In this document: positions 36,888-46,083 of the stretch, piece after piece
How the letters are laid out: the number at the start of each line of letters is the position of its first letter
Numbering within the stretch: the stretch's first letter is position 1
Virus record (IMG/VR): IMGVR_UViG_3300034407_003469
Reading direction: 5' to 3' (one strand)
DNA from: an uncultured virus (IMG/VR IMGVR_UViG_3300034407_003469)
Taxonomy: Duplodnaviria > Heunggongvirae > Uroviricota > Caudoviricetes
DNA: 64,000 nucleotides
The notes under the pieces: generated by a model
The model's input: only the letters and a program-made list of their open reading frames with translations
Databases searched by the model: none
Told to the model about the DNA's origin: nothing
Translations under genes and position numbers: made by a program

Positions 36888-37084
36888 TTTTTTTCTAATT
36901 TTTCTATTGGTTAAACATTCAATTAATTAACAACATTAAACTCCCCTTATCGGGTTACTCAATTTACAAAACTTATAATTATCTTTGTTATCTACTCATC
37001 AACTCAACTCGGAGCATAGGCTCAACGAGGAGGATAAATATCCAACGATATGCCCGTAGGACTTACTATCAATAACTATTAGGT
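36888..37084. other. Structured non-coding leader upstream of the capsid candidate
   Basis: Locally GC-richer; GGGCATA/TATGCTC and GGATA/TATCC stems. Confidence 0.4.
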
Positions 37085-37207
37085 TTAGCTATCTTTGTTT
37101 AAGATATTCTTTTCTACCATATTTGCTCCAATGATTCCTATCATTACACCAAATGCGACACCAAGAACACCCATCAACATAGATTTTTTTCCTTTTCCTT
37201 CAATCAT
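37085..37207 (-). CDS. Small membrane protein (40 aa)
   Basis: Hand translation MIEGKGKKSMLMGVLGVAFGVMIGIIGANMVEKNILNKDS. Confidence 0.6.
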   Translation of the reverse strand: MIEGKGKKSMLMGVLGVAFGVMIGIIGANMVEKNILNKDS

Positions 37208-37257
37208 CTTACTAAAGATTTAATTAAACGGCACAAGCCACTTTGTTAATACAAGGA

Positions 37258-37265
37258 CAAATTTA
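37258..37265 (-). promoter_or_regulatory. TAAATTTG promoter box upstream of the capsid operon
   Basis: Matches TAnnTTTG. Confidence 0.5.
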
Positions 37266-37390
37266 TAAACTATAATAATGTATTATCTATATATAGTAAA
37301 GAATAAGTGTAACAATATTTGTTTAAATTATTTTAAAAAATATAGTTTACTCGTAAAGAATATGTAAAAAAAGTTGAAATTAAGTTTAAA

Positions 37391-37621
37391 TTATAGGGTT
37401 TTTTTGATTTCATTGATAATTACTCCGTTCATAACAGAAAATATTCCCACAATAAGTGCTAATTTTCCTAATTCTTTAGAATCGGGTAATTTAAAAGGTG
37501 CTAATTCCTTGCCTTCTTTTTCGTTATCATAGTTTTGTCCCATATTAAAATGAATGATAGCTTCAGTCATAAATAATACGAATGTAGTTCCCCCAACTAT
37601 AACCCCTAAATTATTTTTCAT
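37391..37621 (-). CDS. Two-TM membrane protein
   Basis: TTFVLFMTEAIIHFNMG...; TATCTTTG box at 37627-37634. Confidence 0.6.
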   Translation of the reverse strand: MKNNLGVIVGGTTFVLFMTEAIIHFNMGQNYDNEKEGKELAPFKLPDSKELGKLALIVGIFSVMNGVIINEIKKTL

Positions 37622-37651
37622 AGGGGCAAAGATAAATAAATTTTTATAATG

Positions 37652-39106
37652 CTATTTATTTAAAACTATTTCATTTGGCATACCTGTTAAAACATTTTTA
37701 ATTTCAGGATTTATCGCTATGTGGAATTTTTTGTGTAATGCCATAGCTATTGAATGAGGTGCTGAAGGGTTGCAGTAGAAATCTTCACATTTTTGTATCA
37801 TCCAAGCCATATCATATAAATCTTTTACTTTATCTCCATAAAATATAATATTATCTTTTACATTATATTCTTTTATAAAAGCATCATATTCTGATTTAAG
37901 ACCTGTATAGTAATTTTTATGTTTTTGACTTTTAATACATTTTTCCCAATCATAATCTACTCCATCCCTATATCTTTGTGTTATATGAAATACATTAAAT
38001 TTTTCTTTTGGAATTTCAACATTTTCATTTAATTCAGGAGTTTTAAATTTATAATTCTCTTTTAATAATAAATAGGGAAATGGTGTGTTTGTTGGATTTT
38101 CTTTCCATACTCTAAAATAAGAAAAAACTAATTGCTCCTCAAATAATTTAGGAGATAATCTAAAATAATCTAAATCATAATCTAATTCTACACTATTATC
38201 ATATTTAACTTCTATATCAGTATTTATTTCGTTGGCAGAACCCTCTCTAAAAGTTTTTATTCCATATTCATCTTTATATAATATGACATTATTTATGTAA
38301 GGTTGAGATTTTAATAAACGATATAAAGATTTATATTGTTGGTTAATTGCAGAGTATTGATGTTTATTTTTTAAATAAATATCTCCACCACCTTTTTTTA
38401 TTATTAAAGGCAATGAAAATATAACATCACCTAAACTTCCACTATGTAAAAAACTTTGTACTCTTTGATTTTCAAAATTTTCTCTTCCCAATTCTTCTAC
38501 TATCTTACTAATGGATTTTATATTCATCCAACTTTCTTTGTGCTTTTCGTAGTTCTTCCAATCTAATTCAACTTTTCCCGAAATAGCAGGTATTTTTAAA
38601 TCTTTGAATTGTATAAATCCTAATCCACAATCTGTATCTATAACAGACATTTCTACATCTGCTCTTTCATTTCTTACTCTTACAAATGCTTTCCATACAT
38701 CTCCATTCCAATAATTAGATTGTCTTGGAACAATTTGATGTTCTTCTTTTTCAGGCAAACAATCGTGCATTATTATTGAGCCATTTGGATTTAAGACTTT
38801 TAGAGAGTTTTGAATATCTCTATAAACCTGTTCGTTTTCGTGTAAGCCATCAATAAAAATTATATCATATTTATCGGTATGATTAGCAAAATATTCATCT
38901 GATGTCATTCTATATTTTACAAATACCTTTTCGTGGTCCCAATCTGCTCTCATATTTTTTTCCCACTCATCTTTCATTGGGTCTACTCCACTTTTATCTT
39001 TTATTTTTATTTTATCAAAACATCTATTATCTCTTACACCAATCTCAAGATAAGTATTGTATTTATTTTTTTTAATTAATGCATTTATAAAATCATATCT
39101 TTTCAT
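37652..39106 (-). CDS. SAM methyltransferase (Methyltransf_24-like) fused to a GT-B/GT9-like domain
   Basis: YLEIGV, GVDP, DIIFIDGLH, MHDC, WNGDVWK; then HSGSLGDVIFSLP. Confidence 0.7.
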   Translation of the reverse strand: MKRYDFINALIKKNKYNTYLEIGVRDNRCFDKIKIKDKSGVDPMKDEWEKNMRADWDHEKVFVKYRMTSDEYFANHTDKYDIIFIDGLHENEQVYRDIQNSLKVLNPNGSIIMHDCLPEKEEHQIVPRQSNYWNGDVWKAFVRVRNERADVEMSVIDTDCGLGFIQFKDLKIPAISGKVELDWKNYEKHKESWMNIKSISKIVEELGRENFENQRVQSFLHSGSLGDVIFSLPLIIKKGGGDIYLKNKHQYSAINQQYKSLYRLLKSQPYINNVILYKDEYGIKTFREGSANEINTDIEVKYDNSVELDYDLDYFRLSPKLFEEQLVFSYFRVWKENPTNTPFPYLLLKENYKFKTPELNENVEIPKEKFNVFHITQRYRDGVDYDWEKCIKSQKHKNYYTGLKSEYDAFIKEYNVKDNIIFYGDKVKDLYDMAWMIQKCEDFYCNPSAPHSIAMALHKKFHIAINPEIKNVLTGMPNEIVLNK

Positions 39107-39107
39107 A

Positions 39108-39251
39108 TTATTTATTTTTTTTCAGGTAAGGTAATCTTTTGTAATATTCGTTTAAAAATTCAATAATTTCATCTAAAGTTAATATTCCAACTCTAAAATC
39201 ATCTAATTTTTGTTTTAACTTGCTTCCAAATCTATCGCTTTGCTTTGTCAT
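39108..39251 (-). CDS. Small hypothetical protein (47 aa)
   Basis: Hand translation MTKQSDRFGSKLKQKL...; ATGA coupling. Confidence 0.45.
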   Translation of the reverse strand: MTKQSDRFGSKLKQKLDDFRVGILTLDEIIEFLNEYYKRLPYLKKNK

Positions 39252-39754
39252 TTTTTTGAATTTATATAGTAACCATATCTATCATTACCAATCAACAATT
39301 TAAGTTGAGGGTATCTTTCTGTCATTATTTTAGGAGTTAAATCAGGTTGCAAGTGCTCTTCGTACTTATTGCCTTCATATTCTCCTTGTTCCATTTCATA
39401 AGGTATTGCAACTAAACACTTCTTATTTAAGTTATGTATCTTTGTTACAAGTTTTTTTGCATCTTTTATATTTATATGCTCTAATATATCTCCTAAAATA
39501 ATACAATCATATTTAGAAATATCAAAATCTACAATACTTCCTAAATAAACATTATCATATTTTTTCAATAAATTAAACATTTCAATGTAAGGCTCATATA
39601 TTTCTAAACAATCCATTTTATATCCCAAATCACCTAATAATTTCCAATAAGTACCTGCACCCGGACCTACATCTAAAATTTTAGTTCCTTTTGGAATACT
39701 CTTTTGAAAAAAAAATCTTATTTGTATTTTATAATCTGTAAAGCTATATGGCAT
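39248..39754 (-). CDS. Class I SAM-dependent methyltransferase
   Basis: ILDVGPGAG, GDILEH. Confidence 0.8.
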   Translation of the reverse strand: MPYSFTDYKIQIRFFFQKSIPKGTKILDVGPGAGTYWKLLGDLGYKMDCLEIYEPYIEMFNLLKKYDNVYLGSIVDFDISKYDCIILGDILEHINIKDAKKLVTKIHNLNKKCLVAIPYEMEQGEYEGNKYEEHLQPDLTPKIMTERYPQLKLLIGNDRYGYYINSKK

Positions 39755-39758
39755 TATT

Positions 39759-40571
39759 TTAAAAATATTGTGTTCTTATTCTTTCTCTTACTTGTTGTAT
39801 AGCCGTTGCTCTATCAATAGTTGCACCATCAGATAAACTTTTTTTGTTTATTGCAGGTTTTACAACTGAATTAAAATTTTTAGAAAGATACTCATCAATT
39901 CCATTATTGATAATTGATTCTGTCATTTTACCTTTTATCTTTTCTTCATCCAAATCTACATACATAAAATATCTTGGATTGTCATTGAAATATTGAGTAT
40001 TAACGATATTTTCTGCTATACTAAATAACTCGTATTTATCAGGAAATTTATTTCTATGCCTTTCAATACTATCAGAATTTTTATGAAATCTTAACCAATT
40101 TGCATTTTGCCAAACCTTTGTGGTTATTCTTCCTATACTTTGGAAATGAATAATAATATCTAAATCTGTATGTCGGTTGGAACATATTGCACCCACAATG
40201 TCGGTAGGTAAATGGTCACCAACATATTTATTTATATCTTCAATTAATAACATACCTCCCCTAAAAAAATGTAATATGTCCCATAACTGATTTGCAATTT
40301 CTTTTAATGTTAATCTAATTCCTGTTTCTTCGTTAAAAGGTCTTACTCTTCTTATTTCTGCGTGAGGCATTACTGAAAATTTAACTAAATCTTTCATTGA
40401 AATAGCCTTATAATCTACAAACTCATCATTAACATCTAATATTAAAACTCTTCTTGGCTCAACACCTTTTTCGGGATTACCATATACATATGACTCAATA
40501 AGGATTTTGGTTTGATATGTTTTACCAATTCCTTTTTTTCCAACTGCCATACCTAATTTTGGTTCTCTCAT
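39759..40571 (-). CDS. FtsK/HerA-superfamily (A32/P9-like) genome packaging ATPase
   Basis: Walker A GKKGIGKT, Walker B LLIED, NRH Arg motif, IIIHFQ sensor, downstream QNANW. Confidence 0.75.
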   Translation of the reverse strand: MREPKLGMAVGKKGIGKTYQTKILIESYVYGNPEKGVEPRRVLILDVNDEFVDYKAISMKDLVKFSVMPHAEIRRVRPFNEETGIRLTLKEIANQLWDILHFFRGGMLLIEDINKYVGDHLPTDIVGAICSNRHTDLDIIIHFQSIGRITTKVWQNANWLRFHKNSDSIERHRNKFPDKYELFSIAENIVNTQYFNDNPRYFMYVDLDEEKIKGKMTESIINNGIDEYLSKNFNSVVKPAINKKSLSDGATIDRATAIQQVRERIRTQYF

Positions 40572-40575
40572 TTTT

Positions 40576-40983
40576 TTATTTTTTAAATACGGATTTCTTT
40601 TTTTGATTTCCTTTTTTATATCTATCTATAAAATCTTCTTTGTAATAAATATAGCTATCAACAAAAACATTTTTCTGTGCAGTAATTTCTATTTCTGCAT
40701 TGTGTATGTCCACATTAAGTTTTGTTATATCTACTTGCAATTTCAATATGTTAGACTCGGGTGATTCTTTAAGTTGTTTCATAGCAAAATAATATTCCTC
40801 TAATAATTCAACATAAACTTTTCTTTGTGCTAATTGTTCTTCTAATCTTTTCTTTTCTTGCTCTAAAGAGTTTTTTTGTATATCTTTTTTATCAATATAC
40901 TTTTTAATGTCTTGGGGTAATTGAAAATATTTATCCCTATCCTCTTTTGTAATATTAGTTATGTTTTTTTTAAAATCTGCCAT
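40576..40983 (-). CDS. Coiled-coil hypothetical protein
   Basis: 135-aa ORF. Confidence 0.55.
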   Translation of the reverse strand: MADFKKNITNITKEDRDKYFQLPQDIKKYIDKKDIQKNSLEQEKKRLEEQLAQRKVYVELLEEYYFAMKQLKESPESNILKLQVDITKLNVDIHNAEIEITAQKNVFVDSYIYYKEDFIDRYKKGNQKKKSVFKK

Positions 40984-40989
40984 TTTATT

Positions 40990-41481
40990 TTATTTTTTTA
41001 AGTGGTGTATAGTGGGTGCTACATAATAAACTTTATCAGTCACTTTAATTTTACTTGTTTTATCACACATTTGGATAAAAAACCTCCAATCTTCTTCGTG
41101 ACCTAAATTATCAAACATAAATTTATGTGTATTGTAGAAAGATGTATTAATAGCAAAATTAATTCCTAAATTGCCCGGGGCTAAAACTTTATTGCTTCTA
41201 TTTGGTATTATATTATCTCCTTGTTTCATTCTCAATATTACTACATCATAATCAATATCCAATTCTTTACTATGTCCTGTTATTAAATAATCATCATCAT
41301 CTACAAAAACTATCCAATCACTATACTTTACTTTTTTTAATCCCTCGTTTCTATTATACCCTGCACAATCTTTAGTTCCAAAAATTAACAAATTATGATT
41401 TACATTTTCTTTTTGAATAGAGGCTATTGTTCTACTTAAAGTAGGTCTATATAAAGTGGGTATTATGTAATCTATTGTCAT
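40990..41481 (-). CDS. GT-A (GT2-like) glycosyltransferase
   Basis: IIPT, RNEGL, FVDDDD, EDW. Confidence 0.75.
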   Translation of the reverse strand: MTIDYIIPTLYRPTLSRTIASIQKENVNHNLLIFGTKDCAGYNRNEGLKKVKYSDWIVFVDDDDYLITGHSKELDIDYDVVILRMKQGDNIIPNRSNKVLAPGNLGINFAINTSFYNTHKFMFDNLGHEEDWRFFIQMCDKTSKIKVTDKVYYVAPTIHHLKK

Positions 41482-42188
41482 TATTTATAATCTTTTCCAA
41501 AAACTCCCCAATTAGAATTTTTATGTCTACATATAATTCCTGTGTGAGCATAAATTGGTATTTTTTTTGCATAAACATCATTTATCCAAACAACATCAGG
41601 AAACCAACTTGCACCCTCAATATGCCTAAAAGGAAATCTTGAAAAAACAGGTCTTGCAATTAATACACACCCTAAACCAACCGATAATGTTTTTACAGGC
41701 TTACCTGTTATCATAAAATTATTATACCCCCCATAAATAGCAACCCTATAATCATCTATATCAGATGATATTCTATTTAACATAGGAACTCTTGCTGAAT
41801 TATCACTTAATTGATATAGTGCCCCTATAATAGGCTTCCTTTCAAACATTAGTTTCTCTATTATGTCAATAGGAGGAAAAACATCAGTTTCAAGATGTAA
41901 TATATAATCGTAGTTATATCTCATTGCATATTGCCTACACAACTCGTGGCTTTTTGCAACTCTTGATAAAACCGAATCTTTATTTTCTTCAGTTGTTACA
42001 TTAATAGATTTAAAACCTTTACTCTTTATATATTCACAAAAGTCGGTTGTTAAAGAATTATCAGCAAGAAAAACATCATATTCAGGATAAGTAAAGTTTT
42101 TAACATTATCTGCCCATTCATCAAAACAATATTTTTTTACATCTGACTGTGGAGCACACACCAAAACTTTTTTTCTCCTGTATTTCAT
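41481..42188 (-). CDS. GT-A (GT2-like) glycosyltransferase
   Basis: YDYILHLETDV, GLGCVLI.R.VF, PD, C.H. Confidence 0.7.
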   Translation of the reverse strand: MKYRRKKVLVCAPQSDVKKYCFDEWADNVKNFTYPEYDVFLADNSLTTDFCEYIKSKGFKSINVTTEENKDSVLSRVAKSHELCRQYAMRYNYDYILHLETDVFPPIDIIEKLMFERKPIIGALYQLSDNSARVPMLNRISSDIDDYRVAIYGGYNNFMITGKPVKTLSVGLGCVLIARPVFSRFPFRHIEGASWFPDVVWINDVYAKKIPIYAHTGIICRHKNSNWGVFGKDYK

Positions 42189-42191
42189 TAA

Positions 42192-42404
42192 TTATGCTTT
42201 TTTCTTAAATCTTCCGTTTGTACCTCTATCAACATTTTTGTTGTATTGAGGGTGTAGATTTTTTTGTGCTCTTTGTATCTTTTCTATTCTTTTATCTTTT
42301 ATGTTTTCCAAATCAGTAGTTTGACATTTTTCTTTTTTGGAACAATAAAAATAAATAGAAAGACCAAAAAGTACAAGAACTACTAAAAACACAAAAGTTT
42401 TCAT
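42192..42404 (-). CDS. Membrane protein with basic tail
   Basis: N-terminal TM; R...GRF tail. Confidence 0.55.
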   Translation of the reverse strand: MKTFVFLVVLVLFGLSIYFYCSKKEKCQTTDLENIKDKRIEKIQRAQKNLHPQYNKNVDRGTNGRFKKKA

Positions 42405-42447
42405 ATTTGTTATTTTTGGTTAATATTCATTTTAGTTAATTTCAATC

Positions 42448-43515
42448 TTAATCTTTTTCTTCTGTTTCCATAGCATCTGACATATCAAAACCTTGATTTA
42501 AATCTACTTCATTTACATCAATTATTGTAGTATTTGATTCTTCTTCTGTTGGTTCTAATTTTATTTTTTTCTTTGGTCTACCTCTTCTTCTTTTTGTTGG
42601 TGAAACTGTTATTTCTTCTTCCATTTCATCGTGCATAGTTTGTGGAACTTCTGATTCCATCTCTTCCTCTACTGTGGGTTCAGTTGGCATTGGAGGTGGA
42701 GGTGGTGGTTCAGGTGTAGGCTCTTTTGGTTTTGGAGGTTCAGGATTAGGTGGATTACTTGGTGATGGTGGTGGTGAACTTTGATTAAATTGTGGATTTA
42801 CACTTTCACTATACATTTCTGACATTGTTTTTAATGCTGATGTTAAAGATTTTTTAAATGCATATAATTGGACACCTTTTGTCATTATGTCTTTACCAAA
42901 AGCTAACATTAAAAATTGTTCATCTGTTAAACCATAACCTCTTGAGGCAAATACTCTAATCATTACAGGTCTAACCTTTTCTACAAATTCATCTTCAACT
43001 ACAAGAACTTCTGTTACCTGTCTATTGTATTCACCAATAAATTCGTGTACTGATATAGTTTGGGTTTGAGAAATAGGTATTCTCATATCAGGATTTATTT
43101 CTCCTTTTATTGCTTTTTTAACTATTTCTTCTTCACTTAATGAAAAATATTTTTGACCAAAAGTGTGAACTGCTTTATAGCCATCTAAAAATGTATCTAC
43201 CATTAATTCAGCACTATCATCGGCATCTTTTTTACTGTAATCTTGTAAATCATTATTTACGAAAGGGTCATCACTTCCGAAACCTTTTTTAGGTTTTGAT
43301 GGTTTTGCTTTAGGCTTTTCCTCTTCATAATCATCATCTTGTAATTCATCTAAATTTGGTTGTAGATATGATGGCTCGGGAATACTTTGAATTGAATTAG
43401 GGTCATAAGACACTTTTGGCTTTGTATATTCTCTTTGAACAACAGGCTCATCAAATGGATTAAAATTTGCAGGTGTACTTAATTCAGAATAATCAGGTGT
43501 ATTTTCTTCAGACAT
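42448..43515 (-). CDS. Acidic/Pro-rich protein with AT-hook
   Basis: KRRRGRPKK; poly-Pro linker; same transcript as the ATPase. Confidence 0.6.
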   Translation of the reverse strand: MSEENTPDYSELSTPANFNPFDEPVVQREYTKPKVSYDPNSIQSIPEPSYLQPNLDELQDDDYEEEKPKAKPSKPKKGFGSDDPFVNNDLQDYSKKDADDSAELMVDTFLDGYKAVHTFGQKYFSLSEEEIVKKAIKGEINPDMRIPISQTQTISVHEFIGEYNRQVTEVLVVEDEFVEKVRPVMIRVFASRGYGLTDEQFLMLAFGKDIMTKGVQLYAFKKSLTSALKTMSEMYSESVNPQFNQSSPPPSPSNPPNPEPPKPKEPTPEPPPPPPMPTEPTVEEEMESEVPQTMHDEMEEEITVSPTKRRRGRPKKKIKLEPTEEESNTTIIDVNEVDLNQGFDMSDAMETEEKD

Positions 43516-43516
43516 A

Positions 43517-43954
43517 TTATTTGTTATTTTCAACGAATTTAACTATTTCGTTGTTGATTTTAGTTAATTTATTATCTTGTTTTTTTTCTTCAGCAAATTT
43601 ATGATTTAAATTTTCCATATATCGTAAATCTCTACTAACCGTAGCTTTATTTAATTTGAGATTTTGAGATATTTGCGACTGCGACCAATTAAGATGTTCT
43701 CTGATTAAAAAGACTAACATTGCTCTTGCTTTAGTCCTTACTCCAAATTTTCTGCTTTTACCTATAAAGAGTTCGCTTTCAGAAATAGAAAAGTTTTTAC
43801 AAACGGCTTGTATTATAAAAGCTAAAAGATAATCTTGATTTTCATACCCCTCGCTTAACCCTTTGTCAATAATTTTTTTAGCTTTTTCTATTCCTTTTTC
43901 ATCCACAAGTTTCATTAATTTTTTAATGAGTTCAAAAGAATTGGTGTGTTTCAC
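43517..43954 (-). CDS. DnaA C-terminal-like HTH regulator
   Basis: IIQAVC..F.IS...L..KSR...ARAM..FL......SQ..I...L.....TV; TATTTTTG box at 43995-44002. Confidence 0.65.
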   Translation of the reverse strand: MKHTNSFELIKKLMKLVDEKGIEKAKKIIDKGLSEGYENQDYLLAFIIQAVCKNFSISESELFIGKSRKFGVRTKARAMLVFLIREHLNWSQSQISQNLKLNKATVSRDLRYMENLNHKFAEEKKQDNKLTKINNEIVKFVENNK

Positions 43955-44018
43955 GAACAGAAAATTTATTTTATTAAATAACTTTTAATTTAAACAAAAA
44001 TAAAAAAATATTTTTCAT

Positions 44019-44417
44019 TTACAACTTATTTACTTGTAAAATTAATTTTGGCTTTCCTTCTTGATAAAAATAATGTATTTGTTGTATGTACTTAACACTA
44101 TCATCTTCTATCTTTCCCATTCTTTTTAAGAGGTCTAATAGAACTTTTTGCCAAAAAAATGCTTTGTTATCCAAATCAAAATGACTTTTTTTATCGTGCT
44201 GATAACCTATTGATATACTCAAATCCTTACCAAGTTTAGGACAATCCTCTAAAAATGGTTTTAAAAATTCTTTAGCCCTATCAACAACTTGCCTTCTAAC
44301 TTGATGATGAACGGTACTGTAAAATAAATTTGCAGTTAAGTAATATGTGGATTTTTTGTTTTTTCCTAAAATTACTTTTTCAATAGGTACGGGTATGTGT
44401 TTTGTATAAATTATCAT
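44019..44417 (-). CDS. rusA: RusA-like Holliday junction resolvase
   Basis: DLDN....K..LD.L....IEDD. Confidence 0.7.
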   Translation of the reverse strand: MIIYTKHIPVPIEKVILGKNKKSTYYLTANLFYSTVHHQVRRQVVDRAKEFLKPFLEDCPKLGKDLSISIGYQHDKKSHFDLDNKAFFWQKVLLDLLKRMGKIEDDSVKYIQQIHYFYQEGKPKLILQVNKL

Positions 44418-44445
44418 AAAAAAAAGTCAGGCATCCAAGCCTGAC
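44418..44445 (-). terminator. Intrinsic terminator
   Basis: GTCAGGC-6nt-GCCTGAC followed by T8 on the minus strand. Confidence 0.75.
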
Positions 44446-44491
44446 CGAATTTAAAGGAATAAACAATTTGTAAATTAAGTTGTTTAAAGTA

Positions 44492-44499
44492 CAAATATA
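44492..44499 (-). promoter_or_regulatory. TATATTTG promoter box
   Basis: Perfect TAnnTTTG. Confidence 0.55.
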
Positions 44500-44525
44500 T
44501 AAAAAATATCTAATAACTATAAATT

Positions 44526-45158
44526 TTACAAAAAATTTAATCCTCTTTCATTAATCTCTTTTATTGCTTCAAAATGTGCATAGGCTATTTTCTCACTTCC
44601 CTCATCACTCATTAACACTTCAGCTTCTTTTAAATTAGTCATAAAACCACACTCTGTTAATATTGAAGGCATAGAGGTATATTTTAATATATAAAAGTTT
44701 GCACTTTTAATACCCCTATCTTTCCATTCCATTTCTTCAATTAAATTTCTTTGAAATACACTTGCTATTTTAAAACCTTTATCTGACTTTGGATAATGAA
44801 AAGTTTCTAAACCATTAGCATTGTTCCAATCTTTCTTATATGCGTTATGGTGTATTGATAAGTAAATACAATTAGGAGTATTTTCTGATATATTATTTGC
44901 CTTTATTACCCTATCTGTTAACGGTAAATCTATCCAATCATCTGAAATTATAGTATATTTTATTTTATATTGACTTAATAGTTTAGTCAAACTTTCTAAT
45001 ACTCTTCTATTTTTCACTCCTTCAAAAAGAACTTCACCTGAAAATTTACTTGAATTTGGAAATTTAGGACTTCTTTTTCCTTTAGTAACATATTCATTTG
45101 TTTCAGGATGCAAACCTCCGTGACCTGCATCAATTAACCAATGGAATTTACTATTCAT
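44526..45158 (-). CDS. N-acetylmuramoyl-L-alanine amidase (Amidase_3 endolysin)
   Basis: IDAGHGG, E, SIHHNA, NFYILK..MPSILTECGFMTN. Confidence 0.88.
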   Translation of the reverse strand: MNSKFHWLIDAGHGGLHPETNEYVTKGKRSPKFPNSSKFSGEVLFEGVKNRRVLESLTKLLSQYKIKYTIISDDWIDLPLTDRVIKANNISENTPNCIYLSIHHNAYKKDWNNANGLETFHYPKSDKGFKIASVFQRNLIEEMEWKDRGIKSANFYILKYTSMPSILTECGFMTNLKEAEVLMSDEGSEKIAYAHFEAIKEINERGLNFL

Positions 45159-45162
45159 ATAG

Positions 45163-46074
45163 TTATTTAGGTCCAAACGGCATAGGATTTTCAGGAGCCT
45201 TCGGCATACCTCCAAAAATTTCATCTTCTCTTACTACTTTAGGTGGTTGTTGAAAAGCAGGATTATTAGGATTCATTCCCCCCTGTTGATTCTGACTATT
45301 CATATAATTTTTTATAGGGCTTTGGCTTGAACTTACCCCTTCTGCAATTTTGTTTGCAGTAAAATACTTTGCCTTAAAGTTTTCATCTTTTACTATACCT
45401 GCTGATAATTGTTTACCAAATATTTCATCAGAAGGAAAATGTACTCCCATAATTAGTCTTGATTTAGAACATTTGTCAGCAAATTGCATTAACATATCTT
45501 CTTTATCAGGATAACGAAAACTTAAAATTTCGGCAAAAACAAAAGCCTGTACCGTGTGTCCTGATGGATAAGATGGGGATTGTGCCGATACAGTTGGCAT
45601 AGGATTTAAAGAATAAGATAAAATGTTTGCTAATTGATATGGTCTTATTCTATTATAGAAATATTTTAATTTCATAATAATAGGATTAATGTCATCATAC
45701 ATTCCTTGAACAAATTCTTGTGGATTAGCTACCCCACATTTATTTGCCATCTCAATTAACATACCTGATAAATCCTCATCAAACTTAACACTTAATTCTA
45801 CAACTTTGTCGTGTTTTAGCTTTTTCATTTCATCTCTAATTAATGCTAATTCTTTTAATGCATACTGTCCATCATTATTAGGATAAGGTTTTTGCATATA
45901 ATGATTTGCTATATAATCATATGCTCCCTCTTCTCTAATAAGAATATCTTGATAGGCATTAGGATTACCATAAGTTAATTCATTTATGGGAACCAAGCCG
46001 AATTTTGTTTTAGGTGAAATAGGATTTATTGCCATAGGTTGTTTTTGTGGTTTTCTTTTTCTTGTTCTTGCCAT
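45163..46074 (-). CDS. PAP2-family phosphatase
   Basis: K..YNR.RP, SYPSGH, SR..MGVHFPSD. Confidence 0.85.
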   Translation of the reverse strand: MARTRKRKPQKQPMAINPISPKTKFGLVPINELTYGNPNAYQDILIREEGAYDYIANHYMQKPYPNNDGQYALKELALIRDEMKKLKHDKVVELSVKFDEDLSGMLIEMANKCGVANPQEFVQGMYDDINPIIMKLKYFYNRIRPYQLANILSYSLNPMPTVSAQSPSYPSGHTVQAFVFAEILSFRYPDKEDMLMQFADKCSKSRLIMGVHFPSDEIFGKQLSAGIVKDENFKAKYFTANKIAEGVSSSQSPIKNYMNSQNQQGGMNPNNPAFQQPPKVVREDEIFGGMPKAPENPMPFGPK

Positions 46075-46083
46075 AATTAAATT

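Noticed and set aside
36960..37070. Hammerhead ribozyme or tRNA in the capsid leader
   Set aside because: TTGATGAG only loosely resembles CUGANGA and no GAAA core is correctly placed; no cloverleaf or TTCGA loop seen
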